DNA of 64,000 nucleotides from assembly GCF_006345805.1 (NCBI RefSeq), contig NW_021832995.1, positions 11,484 through 75,483 of the forward strand, read 5' to 3'. The notes beneath the pieces were generated by a model. That model was not told the origin of the DNA, made no database searches, and was given only the letters and a program-made list of their open reading frames with translations. Positions within the stretch are counted from its first letter, which is position 1; each line of letters opens with the position of its first letter. The position numbers and the translations under genes are program-made. This DNA is from Octopus sinensis. Taxonomy: Eukaryota. Below, one piece after another: positions 11,388 to 24,042 of this stretch.

Positions 11388-12736
11388 ATAGAGTTGTAGT
11401 AGCTTCTAGTATTTTTATCTTCTCCGTATCTGTGTGCGAAATGAAACGATTGGGTGCGGCTGTTTGGACGCTACGATTTGGCGTGGCTGTTAGGCATTCA
11501 ACCTGTTTTGGTGGCAGTACGTTTTGGCACCGGAGGCAAATATACGCGTAGAAATATACATATATAAACAGAAAAAGAAAGAGATGGGATGAAGGAGACC
11601 TTACACATACATACTTACAAATATAACTAGATTCTTACATTCATATACAGAATGAGAGGCGACGAGACAGGACGAGAGAAACATTACAACGTCTAGTGTC
11701 AAATAAGTTAGCATTGAATCAATAATTTCAAATAGGCGGCGCCAAAACTGCTGTGCCAAAACGTCTCTTACATCATTCTATATGAGTTGTAAATATTGTA
11801 GAGTTGTAGATGACTCTTAATATGTTTATTTTGTGCATCTGTGTCTGTGTGTGTATGTTTTATATTATTGACTATAATGGTTTTATATGATGGTTTATGG
11901 TATAGCTAGTAAAAAAGGAGGCAGTAAATTTGCTCGGCGCTATTTTCTGTTTGTTACTGTAGAATTTCCAAGTTATTTAAATAGGGTTGGAATTGTTGTG
12001 AAGCAGTGTCTAGGGGAAAATGAGAGGTTGTTAGTATAATGTCATTTGTGTATGATGCTCTGTATGTCTGCATGAGGCTGTGTTTGTAAGAAGCCGTGTT
12101 TTGTGGAGGTGCGGGAAAGTGGCATAGATGTAGGTTGAAAAGATTGGTATATTCCTTCAGGAAATTGCATGTTCCAGACACGTTGTCCTTGAACACTATA
12201 TGGGCTTTGCGACCTGACAACAGATAGATTGTTTGACAGCAGCGTTTTGTGTTGTTTCTGAGGGCGATGTTGATTATTTCATGTATCAAATAGATAATCA
12301 GTAATGGCGCTGAATGCTTTGTTGATGTCGATGTAATTAGAATGTTACGTGTAAGGGTTTGATTGGTTGTTGAAGCCATCATGTATTCTCTTTGTTATGT
12401 ACATGTGATGGATGACTGTATTGGCTTGGATCTCTGGGCCTTGTGATCTAGGAAGATATAGGGTTGGTGATGTTGCCTTCTGGTACATATAATGAATGTT
12501 TATAATTATTCTGTTGACTATATACAGTAGTAGCAGTTTGTGTTGCTTTTGTCAATCCCAGCTCAAACCTCATCGAGCAGACTTAATATAAAAGCATCCC
12601 AGCCGTGACCATTCCATCTTTTTTCTTATGTGTATGACATCCCGAACAATAATTTTCTTTTGTAACGTAGAATGTAGTTCGAGAGAGATTTGACGGTTAC
12701 GTCCAGCAGAGAGGGCGGTACATAGGAGCTCCCTCG

Positions 12737-12885
12737 TTTTATTGTAAAGTGTTCATCGTAATACCAGGTTCGAAATTTCCCCAAGAAACCTGATGAAGGC
12801 TTTAGGGTATATATCAGCCGAAACGTTGTGTTAACATCAAACAAGATGAGGGCAAATATCCATCAAATGTAGATAATGTAATACT
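12737..12885 (+). mobile_element. Short PLE-like terminal fragment with a minimal HHR-like motif (12786-12832)
   Basis: Reads CUGAUGA-A-GGCU...AGCC-GAAAC-GUU-GUGUU, with a palindromic minimal stem III (AACGUU). Confidence 0.55.
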
Positions 12886-13341
12886 TTTTGCTCATTTTAA
12901 TTTATGGTTCAGGAATACTTTTACATTCACCCAGTAAAAACACAAACTCCACAGATTATCTTACATGAACCAAAGCCACTCAAGATATAGAATCGATGAA
13001 TACATCATGAAAATCTAAGAAACGCAGCATTCAAACATGAACCAGCCGAATATATTACAAAAACACCAGAGATGAAAACCTTTCTATCAACCGGAAATGA
13101 CAAATCTACAAGGCGCAGAACACACATCAGACAACAGTGTAATATTAAAATTGCAATATAACCGTGAATTTTCTTACGTTCGCGATGCAGAGTGTTGTAT
13201 TACATGAGACATATATTCGTATATAATCCCATTGGTTGATCGTGTATTTTCAACAAGGACCTTTTACAGTGCACGAAGCAAAAAGTAGATGGGGTGGGGA
13301 AGCAGCTATATAGCTATATATGGCAGGAGTCCCCTATATAG

Positions 13342-14002
13342 CAAGGGTCCCCAAACACCGGGCCACAGACTCCTACTGGGCCGCAGATAATTTGATACTG
13401 CCCAGAGAGGATAAAATTTTAAAATTTTATTTCTTTTTTATTGATGATCGCAAACCATAAGATGTTTTTGTTTTCTATCTTTTATATTCGACTTGTTTCA
13501 GTCATTAGACTGCGGCCATGCTGGGGCTCTGTCATCAAGAACTTTAGTCGAACAAATTGGTCAAGTACTTCTTTTTTTCTTCTTCTTTTTAAAATGATAG
13601 TTATTCTATTGGTCTCTTTGGCTGAAGCGCTAATTCACGGGGACGTAAACATATCAACATCGGCTGTCAAGCGATAGCGGAGGACAAACACGAACAAACG
13701 CACACACACACATATCTATATATATATACGATGAGCTTCTTTCAGTTCCCGTCTACGAAATCCACTCAACGCTTTGTTTGTTCCGAAGCTATAGTACAAA
13801 CCTGAACCCGGAACCATGTGGTTAGGAAGCAAAGCTCTTACCACACAGCCACACCTGCGCCTATATTATATATGCAATAATTAAATTATACACTAATCAC
13901 TTTATTGTGTTTTGCAATGCAAGTAACCCCCTCCCTAACCCTCCATGAAATAATTGTCGTGCATGAAACCCATGCCCGATGCAAAAAGGTTGGACACCAC
14001 TG
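13342..14002. mobile_element. Old hAT (Charlie-like) MITE interrupted by a SINE
   Basis: Termini CAAGGGTCCCCAAAC and GGTTGGACACCACTG. No TSD is recognisable. Confidence 0.45.
13490..13862 (-). mobile_element. SINE family A
   Basis: Reverse-complement family match. Confidence 0.85.
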
Positions 14003-14713
14003 TTCTTAATCATGATTGCTTTAGTAACAGACAAATTGAAACCAAAAGTTTCGGAATTTTGAAAATCTTTGATTTATGACGGAACACGTTTTCATTGCGC
14101 TTTTGCGAACTTTCTAAATGTAATCTGTTGGATGTGCGTTGTGATAGATAATTAGCAGAATGTGGTACGAGAAAGTGGTGGGTGAATTAACTAGTGTTTG
14201 TGGTGGGTAGGTGTAATGAGCAGAAATGAATGTCTTGACCAGGTATGTACGTGTGTGTTGGTGGGATTGTTTAGGATGTTCCGTTGAGATGTTATGACCC
14301 CTCTTTTGTTAGCTTTTCCGAGTCGAAAATCAGGTGTAGAGTACATTGGAACACCCTCTAGTTAAGGTGTTTCTGAGAGTAAAATGTATTGTTACAGGCG
14401 AGTGTGACCAGGTGAAATTGTTTGTTTGTTCGTATGTTTTGGTCCCATTTCCTTTCAGCTCTTGCCGGTTGCCATCTGAAAGGAATTAATATTATCGTTA
14501 AAGGCGCGAAATTGCATTTGACTCTCTGATCGATAATTGATGAGGAGTTGGAGACGTTCTGTGTCTGTTTTCCATTCGTCTGTGCATTCACTGTGTCTTT
14601 CAACTTGCGATTCTGTGTCTGATTTCCGTTTGTTTATGTATTTACTATACGTTTTTTAACTTATTAATTAACGGAACGCATCGCATCCTTGCATTTATTA
14701 ACAGTAAGCTGTT

Positions 14714-14714
<1 letters not shown>

Positions 14715-14783
<69 letters not shown>
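14715..14783. repeat. (GATA)n microsatellite
   Basis: Perfect run; similar runs at 21477-21627 and 60920-61135. Confidence 0.95.
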
Positions 14784-14784
<1 letters not shown>

Positions 14785-15026
14785 TACACTTTCTATTTGG
14801 GGATAAAAAGCTTACCAATGGTTTCATGCGAAAATTCTCACAAATTTTGGCAGGTTGCTTAATAATGTCTACAAACAGTGTCCATGTTGGAGCGTGTGCG
14901 TGTGCGCGCGCACGTGCATGTTGTGTGTTGCTGGTATTTTACTTGGAGACTGCGTTCTTAGTTTACTCTCGTTCATGTTGTTGTTCTCTTTTATAGACGG
15001 TGGTGACTGGAATAGGCGGATTTTAG

Positions 15027-15078
<52 letters not shown>

Positions 15079-15284
15079 GGAGGAAGAGGAGGAGTTTTTT
15101 TTTGTTTTTGCAGTGGTGGTGGTCTCAGCGGTGGGGGTGATGGTTGTACAGATGAGTGTGCAAAGGTGATGTTGTGGAATCTATGCAATAGTGATTGCGT
15201 TTCATACATTATGAAACAATATCTGATACGGAAGGATAGTATAGCAACAACGACAATACAAATATCAACAATGAGAAAATAAGA

Positions 15285-15428
15285 ATTATAATAACAATAG
15301 CATTAATAATAATAATAATGATGATGATGATGATAATGAGTATCATCATCATCAGGGCTAGAGTAATAATAATAATAATAATAATAATAGTAATAATGAT
15401 AATAATAATAATAGTAATGATAATTATA

Positions 15429-15459
<31 letters not shown>

Positions 15460-15623
15460 TAGTAATGATAATAATGATAATAATAATAATAATAATGATA
15501 ATAATAATAGTAATAATAATAATAATAATGATAACAATAGCAATGATAATTATAATAGTAATAATAATAATAATAATAGTAATGATAATAATGATAATAA
15601 TAATAATAATAATGATAATAATA

Positions 15624-15660
<37 letters not shown>

Positions 15661-15764
15661 TAACAATAGCAATGATAATTATAATAGTAATAATAATGAT
15701 AATAATAATAATAATAATAATGATAATAATGATAATAATAATAATAATAATAATGATAATAATA

Positions 15765-15804
<40 letters not shown>

Positions 15805-15827
15805 TAACAATAGCAATGATAATTATA

Positions 15828-15871
<44 letters not shown>
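15285..15871. repeat. (AAT)n array with higher-order structure
   Basis: AAT/GAT/AGT triplets. The variant block ATGATAACAATAGCAATGATAATTATAATAGTA recurs at about 15528, 15657 and 15801. Confidence 0.9.
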
Positions 15872-15991
15872 TGCCATGTGTAAGCTAATACCTAATTACA
15901 AATAATAACAAAACCGAATTTTACAAAATTATGAAAGAAATTATGAAAATATAAAATGGCCGGGAACGAGAGAGAAATATAGTGTAATGCG

Positions 15992-16042
<51 letters not shown>

Positions 16043-16095
16043 TATACACACACATATATATACACACATATATATATATACATTTTATATATATA

Positions 16096-16160
<65 letters not shown>

Positions 16161-17214
16161 TATATATATACACATATATATATTATATGTGTGTGTGTGT
16201 GTGTGTGTATACGTGTGTTTGTAAAGACAGAGATGGGGTGAGATAGAGAGAGCGCGTGAGGAGGAGAGAAGGTTGTTGTTTCTGAAATTTGAACGTTAAA
16301 ATAATATAAAATTGATGTTGTGTGAAATGAGGGTCTAAACAAATATATTGCATTTATTAGGGATAGTCATGAAAGGGTTAATAATGTTGGTGGGTATGGT
16401 GGCAGCGGAGATTGGGAAGTTGGCGGGGGAAGTTGAGGTGGCGGTGGTGCTGCTGGTGGTGGTTGTGGTGGTAGTAGTCTGAATCAGAAAGTAACGCTAC
16501 TGGCAGGGCTGGTTCTTGAGTTTGATATTCGTGAAGGTGGTTATTACAACGGTGGGGGAGGGCTGATGGAATAGATGGCGATGGATAGGATGTGATGGTG
16601 GTGGGGGATTTGGCGGCGGTGATGATCATGTTATCATTCTTGGTTTCGTTGATGGCGGCGATGGCGATCGTCGTGCTTGCGATGGAGGCAGTGGTGGTGG
16701 TGGTGGCATTCTTGATGTTTACTGGTTGTATTGCTATTGGGTTGGACCCCAAGTTACCTTTATCCAAGCGGACTTGTAATTGAAGACTTCCCATCGTGAC
16801 CAACCCGTCTTATTTTTCTATGTGCAACGAACTCAACGCTCGAAAGTAACATTTCCGTTTAAAGACAATAACGTGTCCTTAAAAGACATCTCTAATGGAA
16901 GTTGGTCCGCCACTTATAGAAGGACGGGCAACCAGGTATAGGGTCTCGCATTGTGTCCTTTTGTTGTTGTTGTTGTTGTTGTTGTTGCTGAGGATGTCGC
17001 TGTTACCGGACAAAATGCTTAGTGGCATTTCGTTCGCCTTTGCGTTCTGAGTTCAAATTCCGCCGAGGTCGATTCACATTATATCCTTCAGGGTCAATGA
17101 AATAAGTACCACCTGAAAACTAAGGGAGGAGGGGTCTGGATGCAATTAACTTACACCACCCCCACCCCTGAACTAACTGGCCTCATGTCAAAATTTGAAC
17201 AGCTGTTATCATAT

Positions 17215-17770
17215 GTGGGATGAATCCGACTATTAGCCGGACCCATCGTGAGGATGGCCCCACTATCCACCTTTAACAAGGCAGGACAGGCGGTTTTTCT
17301 TTGTCTAGTGGCTGAGGCAAAAGAGTTTAAGTGATGGAGGAAGCTGAAAGGAGGGAGAAAAGACACCTTCCTCTTCGGTCAAGCTCTCTTCCACTTTTTA
17401 AAGTTCCCTTTGGAAAAGAAAGTGAAGATGAAGAGAGAAGTGCTATCCCACTCCCAGTGAATTTGTGAAAAGATGGGTGACCGTAACAAAAATGATTAGA
17501 GTGAATGTCCTTACTCTCAGTATGCGCCTGCAGGCTGGAGAGCAGGAGAGCCGACTCGTACCTTTGGTGGGGGTTCCTTGATTGGCCCTAGCTGGAGCTT
17601 CTCCTGAATCAAGAGGAGTGCATCATTTATGCTATGACATGCTTCGTATACTGTGTATACTTTTCTCGCATTTCACTTTCTTTTCCATTTCTTTCATCCC
17701 TTCCTTTATGTAAATCCCTGCACAAATTGTTTTCTGTTCATGTGATGTCCCCGTCATCTATGCCCCCCTG
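17215..17770 (+). mobile_element. 3' end of an L1/Tx1-type non-LTR retrotransposon (decayed)
   Basis: Frameshifted peptide ...VAEAKE..DTFLFGQALFHFLKF..KKVKMKREVLS..EFVKRWVTV.. followed by a pyrimidine-rich 3' UTR. Clade assignment is by resemblance only. Confidence 0.5.
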
Positions 17771-17973
17771 GCGGTGAGCTGGCAGAAACGTTATCACACC
17801 GGGCAAACTTCTCAGCGGCGTTTCGTCCATCTTGATGTTCTGTGTTCAAATTTGATCGACTTTGCCTTTCATCTTCTCGGAGTCGATAACATAAGTACTA
17901 GTTACACACTGGGGTCGATGTAATCGACTATCCCCCTCCCCCAAATTTCAGGCCTTGTACCTATAGTACAAAG

Positions 17974-18033
<60 letters not shown>

Positions 18034-19095
18034 GGCGGTGAGCTGGCAGAAACGTTAGCACCCCGACAAAATGCTTAGCGGTATTTCGTCTGCCGCTACG
18101 TTCTGAGTTCAAATTCCGCCGAGGTCGACTTTGCCCTTCATCCATTCGGGGTCGATTAAATAAGTACCAGTTACGTACTGGGTCGATACAATCGACTTAA
18201 TCCGTTTGTCTGTCCTTGTTTGTCCTCTCTGTGTTTAGCCCCTTGTGGGTAGTAAGGAAATAGGTATTTCGTCTGCCGCTACATTCTGAGTTCAAATTCC
18301 ACCGAGGTCGACTTTGCCTTTCATCCTTTTGGAATCGATGAAATAAGTACTGGTCAAGTACTGGAGTCGATGTAATCGACTAATCCCCTCTCCCAAATTT
18401 CAGGCTTTGTGGCAATAATAGAAAGTATTATTATTGTTGTTGTTGTTATTATTGATGAAGGCGATATATATTATTGATGAAGGTGATATATAATATCCCT
18501 TTTCTACTCTAGGCACAAGGCCTAAAACTTGGTGGGAGGGGCGCCAGTCGATTAGAACTACTCCAGTACGCAACTGGTACTTAATTTTTCGACCCCGAAA
18601 GGATGAAAGGTAAAGTCGACCTCAGCGGATTGTGAACTCAGAACGTAACGGCAGACGAAATACGGCTACGCATTTCGCCCGGCGTGCTAACGTTTCTGCC
18701 AGCTCACCGCCTTAAATATAGGATTAATATTAATAATATGTGGTTCTGAGTTCAAATTCTGCCGAGAATGGCTCTGCCTTTCATTCCACAAGGTCGATAA
18801 AATAGCACGAGACGAAATATCGCTCAGTATTTCGCCCGGCGTGCTAACGTTTCTGCCATCTCGATGCTTAAATAATTTTTTGTACTCTAGGCACAAGGCC
18901 GAAATTTTGGGGGAGGGAGCCAGTCGACTAGAGCGACCCCAGTACGCAACTGGTAGTTAATTTATCAACCTCTTTACGTTCTGAGTTCAAATTCCGCCGA
19001 GGTCGACTTTGCCTTTCATCCTTTCAGGGTCGGTAAATTAAGTACCAGTTGCATACTGGGGTCGATCTAATCGACTGACCCCCTCCCCAAAAATT
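17770..19095. mobile_element. Cluster of at least 7 SINE family B copies or fragments in both orientations
   Basis: Repeated GGCGGTGAGCTGGCAGAAACGTTAGC heads and CCGAGGTCGACTTTGCCTTTCATCC cores. Plus-strand copies at 17770, 18033, 18263, 18740 and 18973; minus-strand copies at 18497-18713 and 18805-18970. Confidence 0.9.
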
Positions 19096-20139
19096 TAATG
19101 TTAAATCTACTCCCCGAAATGTTGCAACGTTGTATGAAAATGAAAGAATTTAATGCTAAATTTCGAGCTATGGAGACAGTGTTGTGTAAAACGCTAGGTT
19201 TCCAAGGGCCTACGACCCCAATATGTTCAGAATTTGTGCATGTAAGGACCCCTGCGTATCAGTTTTGTGGGTGGGGAGGGGAGTAATAAAGCTGTTGAAA
19301 CAACTCTATTAAGAAGTACCCTATAAACGAAGGATAAGGGGACGTGCTCCTGCCTGTGAAATTTCAGCTGTATTACAGTTTGAAATAACTCGTTGACAAA
19401 ATTCTCTAAAATTCTCGTCTGAATGAGGTTTTTTCTTCTTTTTTTTAAGAGCGGTTTAAGCCTAAAATCCCAAACAAGTAATTTAATATAACTTATTTTC
19501 AACACTTCACAGGGTATTTAAAATATTATAGTTAGTGTCTGGTTAATTAATGTTTTCAAATATTTTAATTGAAGTCGCTTAGTCTGGCCGCATGCATACT
19601 GATGAAGTAGGAAGCATCATCTATCTCAGTATAAATGCACTTCTCTCCCTACTAGTGCTTGTGCGCTTACAGCTTCGCCCTTGGTGTTAAAAAGCCTGTC
19701 TAATTTTGTCCTACATCACCTCCCGACTTGTTAAACATAGCAGCCAAATCAGCTCAGCTCACATTATTTTATCACCTTTTAGAAAGGGATTCAATCGTAT
19801 AATACAGTCGTAGCTACACTGCATCCAACTGTCACCCGTGAGCGAGTATGACTTGGTAACGTGTACCATACTTTCGCTAATTCTTTTAGGTGTCTATGTA
19901 ATTGTGGGCAGGCGTAGACTTCACCCACCAGAACATTGAAGATCTGATAATGGTAGATGGGTGGGTAAGAAGCACCGACACCCAGTTCGTAGTCATTGTC
20001 AGCTGCGTAAATTGGAGCAACAAAAAATAAAACAACTTATCCTGTAAAAGAATTGAACCAATGACTTTATGATTATGAGCCAAACACTCTAACCGTTAGG
20101 CCACGTGCGTTCACATAGAGAGGTTATCATTTATCTTTT

Positions 20140-20520
20140 ACTTTTTACTTATTTTAGTCACTGGACTGCGGCCTTGCTTGGGCACCATCTTGAAGAGTTT
20201 TAGTCGAACGAATCGACCCAGAGCTAATATTGTCCTTTTGTAGTTTTTTTTTTTTAAGTGAGGTACTTGTTCTGTCGGTCTCTTTTACCGAACCACTAAA
20301 CTACAACGACGTAAACAAACTAACACCAGGTATCAAGCTTTGTGGTGGGAGGACAAACACAAACACGAGAACACACACATATAAATATACATACATATAT
20401 ATAGGCAGGAGTGGCTCTGTGGTGAGAAGCTTCGTTCCGAGTTCAGTCCCGCTGAAGCCCGACCGAAGCCTTGTGAGTGGATTTGGTAGACAGAAACTGA
20501 AAGAAGCCCGTTGTATAAAA

Positions 20521-20562
<42 letters not shown>

Positions 20563-20752
20563 GTGTATTTGTGTGTCTGTGTTTGAACCCCCACCATCGC
20601 TTGACGACTGATGTTGGTGTGTTCACGTCCCCGTAACTTAGCGGTTCGATAAAAAGAGAACCGATAGAATAACTACTAGGCTTGAGGGTCTATTGTTCGA
20701 CTAAGGGCGATGCTCCAGCATAGCTGTTGCCAAATGACTGAAACAAATAAAG
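20140..20752. mobile_element. SINE family A: minus-strand 3' half joined head-to-head to a plus-strand copy
   Basis: 20140-20400 is the reverse complement of the family's 3' half. 20403-20752 is a plus-strand copy with an internal deletion. Confidence 0.85.
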
Positions 20753-20815
20753 AACTATATATATATATATATATATACACACACATGCATATGTGTGTGT
20801 CAGTACTATACACAC

Positions 20816-20923
<108 letters not shown>

Positions 20924-20951
20924 TAGATAGATAGATAGATAGAGATATGGT

Positions 20952-21225
20952 AAAGGGGCATGGCCTAGTGGTTAAGGTGTTGCACTAACGATCGCTAGAT
21001 CGTGGGTTCGATTTCTGGACTGCGTGATGCGCTGTGTTATTGAGCAAAAAGCTTTATTTCACGTTGTTCCACTTCACTCAGCTGTGAGTAGACGTCTGGT
21101 GAGAGTGAGAGTTAACTTACTCGCCTAGTCAGTGGAGTGGCATCATTCGAAAATTAAAAAGATGCAAAGTACATCGTGACCAGCGATGTATAACAACATC
21201 CGATAGTCTTATCGATGACGTGATT
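20952..21225 (+). mobile_element. SINE family C
   Basis: Head GCATGGCCTAGTGGTTAAGG...GGTTCGATT. Confidence 0.75.
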
Positions 21226-21236
21226 AACTATGCTCT

Positions 21237-21289
<53 letters not shown>

Positions 21290-21491
21290 AGAGATGAAGC
21301 AATTCAACAATGATATACTTAAATCATACTATATAGAAAATATTAAAGATACGATAAAACATTTACATGGTGGTGCTTCTCTAATTTATATACATGTATT
21401 ATATATTGTGAAATTTGATTTAGTATTACTAAATTGAATTTTTCCTTGTAAATTTGGAATCATATTCCCTAATATTATAGATAGATAGATG

Positions 21492-21629
<138 letters not shown>

Positions 21630-22227
21630 CCGTTTGCTAAAAGCGTCACATGGCACCAGTCGGATCGGATCTCATTTGAAAATGCATGCTTAATGCGAAC
21701 GTGAAACCATGTGATTGCAAAGTGAGTTTGGTAACCAGCCAGCCATGCCCGCCCTTCTTTATGATAAAATAAAATAAAATAAAATAAAACAAATGGATGT
21801 AACGGTCACAGTTGGCATGCCGTCTTTGATCAAAGGTCTGCTGAACAGAGCTAACCTGGTAATAAACAACAACTAAATAGAGACTTCGTTGTTGTTGCTT
21901 TTAGTGTGTTAAAATAATTAACAATTTAATTAATTTGCACACACATACACAAAAAAAAAAATAGAGAGAAATATCAAATGTATTTTCCGCTTGATTTCTT
22001 CTAATTAGACGTATCGGTGACCAAGTTCAGTTCACTGAGAACTAGCTTCTGAATTAGCGGTACCCTACCTGTAATTTGCGGAATCCCCAGTTGGGGAATC
22101 GCAAAATTAGTAACTGGAGGCCTGTGTGCTGTATGCAGAAGTTTTAGAGGCTGCAGCCTAGAACGTAACTAATTACAAGCATTCAGATGGACATAGACGT
22201 TATTGTCTCGAGTTCCAGGACTCTTAA

Positions 22228-23177
22228 CCCCTTGACAACGGTTGACGCAAATATGCGATCACACTTTTGCTTGCCTACCCGCGGTTAACGTAAATATACG
22301 ATGTAGAGCTGCCCTACATCTATCACGGGATCTTTTCGGTTTGAACGGCAGTTTTTAACATAATTTCTAAGTAACTAAAAAATTTTAAACTTCGTATACT
22401 GGTAGAATGTGTTTATAAACCATCTTTTTCTCTTGGCTTTATTGAGAAAATTCTATAGTTTGTGAGATATTTGTTGTTGTTTTTTTCTTCAATTTCTGCA
22501 ATTTCAACCAATCACTGACGTCCATTGAAGTAAAAAAAAACATTCTGTGCCGTATGAATATGTCCCTCGTTTAAGAAACAGATTGGGTTTATTTACATTT
22601 GTGAAGAAAAAAAGATACCCTTCCCCCAAACCGTAAACCTAAAATAGATTGAAATGCAATAGATCGATACTAGGGTCATAATTATGGGTGACAATTTCAT
22701 ATGACACTGCTAGAAAAAACTGCCGTTCAAACCGAAAAGATCCCTATCACGGACCTTTTAGCGGCTGACGTATGTTTACGTTCGCTATCGCGTACTCTAT
22801 CTCTTGAGGTGCGCGCGCTCGCCGACCCATGCATTATCTTAGCTATTTCAGGTTACGTCCAAGTCATGAGACTAGCAGTAGACCAATGACATGCGGGTTC
22901 TTTACATGCTCAATACCGTGTTTTGAGTTGTACCACACGCAAGCTATCTTTTGAACTTGAACAGAATAACTCGTGCATATCATAAATATGATAAATACCT
23001 TCACATACTTCGTTTTCAGAAACCGGTAGACGTAAATGTATGACGCTATGTTATTGTAACGGTGAACGTAGATAGACAAGAGCTCGTTGGCACTTGTGGG
23101 TTTGTGTGGCCCCATTAGAAAAAAAAAATACACAGAACAGTTTCTCGCATGCTTCGGGTAATACCGGCGCCAAGGGG
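22228..23177. mobile_element. Non-autonomous piggyBac-type element
   Basis: TTAA|CCCCTTGACAACGGT ... ACCGGCGCCAAGGGG|TTAA, giving a TTAA TSD and CCC/GGG termini. Confidence 0.8.
22328..22743. mobile_element. Nested MITE with perfect TIRs (Merlin-like by GG termini and 8-bp TSD)
   Basis: 29-bp perfect TIR GGATCTTTTCGGTTTGAACGGCAGTTTTT. CTATCACG is duplicated at 22320-22327 and 22744-22751. Confidence 0.85.
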
Positions 23178-23199
23178 TTAAGGCCGCTTACCCGGTTTT

Positions 23200-23412
23200 T
23201 CATGCGGTATGAGTAATTGAGATCACAGCATTCTCCCTGAGCGGGGTGGTGGTGCAAGACTACTGCGTGGTTAGTTATTTAAGCTGAGTGGAATGGAGCA
23301 ACGTAAAATGAAATGTTTTGCTCAATAACACATCGCACTTCCGTCTGGGAATCGAAACTGCGATTTAGCGATCGTGAATACAACACCCTAACCAGTAGGT
23401 CACGCACCTTTA
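23200..23412 (-). mobile_element. SINE family C (decayed)
   Basis: Carries the GGAGCAACGTAAAATGAAATGTTTTGCTCAA body and a tRNA head. Confidence 0.7.
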
Positions 23413-23483
23413 CAAACATTCAGGTTTTTAATCAATGATTATCCATTCAAGCCGTTCTAGACTACGGCCTTAATTCTTTTGTA

Positions 23484-23747
23484 GGCATTCCTTCGATATA
23501 ACTCGGTAAAATCAAAACATTTCACTTCGGGTATTTCCGTGGAAGCAAATGACAGTTCGATTCTGTTTTCTGGTTGGAAATTTGCGGATTTTACAGACAC
23601 ACATGACACAAATATGCAAGGCTTTTTTTCTTCAAGTTTAAAATTATGCCATTGCTGGCATAATTTCGTTATATCCATACTCCACAACCCACGGAAATAC
23701 CCGAAGTGAAATGTTTTGATTTTGTCGAGCTATATCGAAAGAATGCC
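23484..23747. mobile_element. MITE with ~58-bp TIRs
   Basis: GGCATTCCTTCGATATA...TTTCCGTGG and CCACGGAAA...TATATCGAAAGAATGCC. Flanks CTTTTGTA and GCATTGTA may be a decayed 8-bp TSD. Confidence 0.8.
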
Positions 23748-23799
23748 GCATTGTATAGTGTGTATGTGAGAGTATGTGTGTTTACGTACACTTGGTTTA

Positions 23800-24042
23800 T
23801 TGCATTCTTCTGACCATTGTCATCTGTCATCATGAGGCTGACCTCCGTCGACCTTTAGTCAACCTACGATGAATGGTTCGATTCCTTTTTTGTAAATCAC
23901 TCATTCTCATTTAATTGTATATATTTTAATTGTTTGTTTATTCATACGTTTCGTCTCATTCGATACCTTGACCCCAATGTTTGTTTTGTCTGTCCTCGTA
24001 TAGTCCCCTCTTTTACTCAACCTCATGGTTAATAAAGAAATT
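23800..24042 (+). mobile_element. Probable L1/Tx1-type 3' UTR fragment
   Basis: T-rich segment ending TTTGTCTGTCCTCG...CCTCATGGTTAATAAAGAAA, similar to the SINE tail at 18203-18262. Confidence 0.4.

Noticed and set aside
11440-11770. MITE-like segment with TTTTGGC / GCCAAAA motifs
   Set aside because: Inverted motifs are present, but termini and TSD could not be defined.
11890-12500. 142-aa minus-strand ORF
   Set aside because: No recognisable motifs. Probably a decayed retroelement segment, but the class cannot be supported.
15209-15905. Long poly-Ile/Met ORFs
   Set aside because: They are translations of the (AAT)n microsatellite. The same applies to all YI/HT/CV/LSIY-repeat ORFs in the track.
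16378-16803. Thr/His/Pro-rich 141-aa ORF
   Set aside because: Degenerate (GGT/GAT)n low-complexity sequence running into a dispersed repeat.
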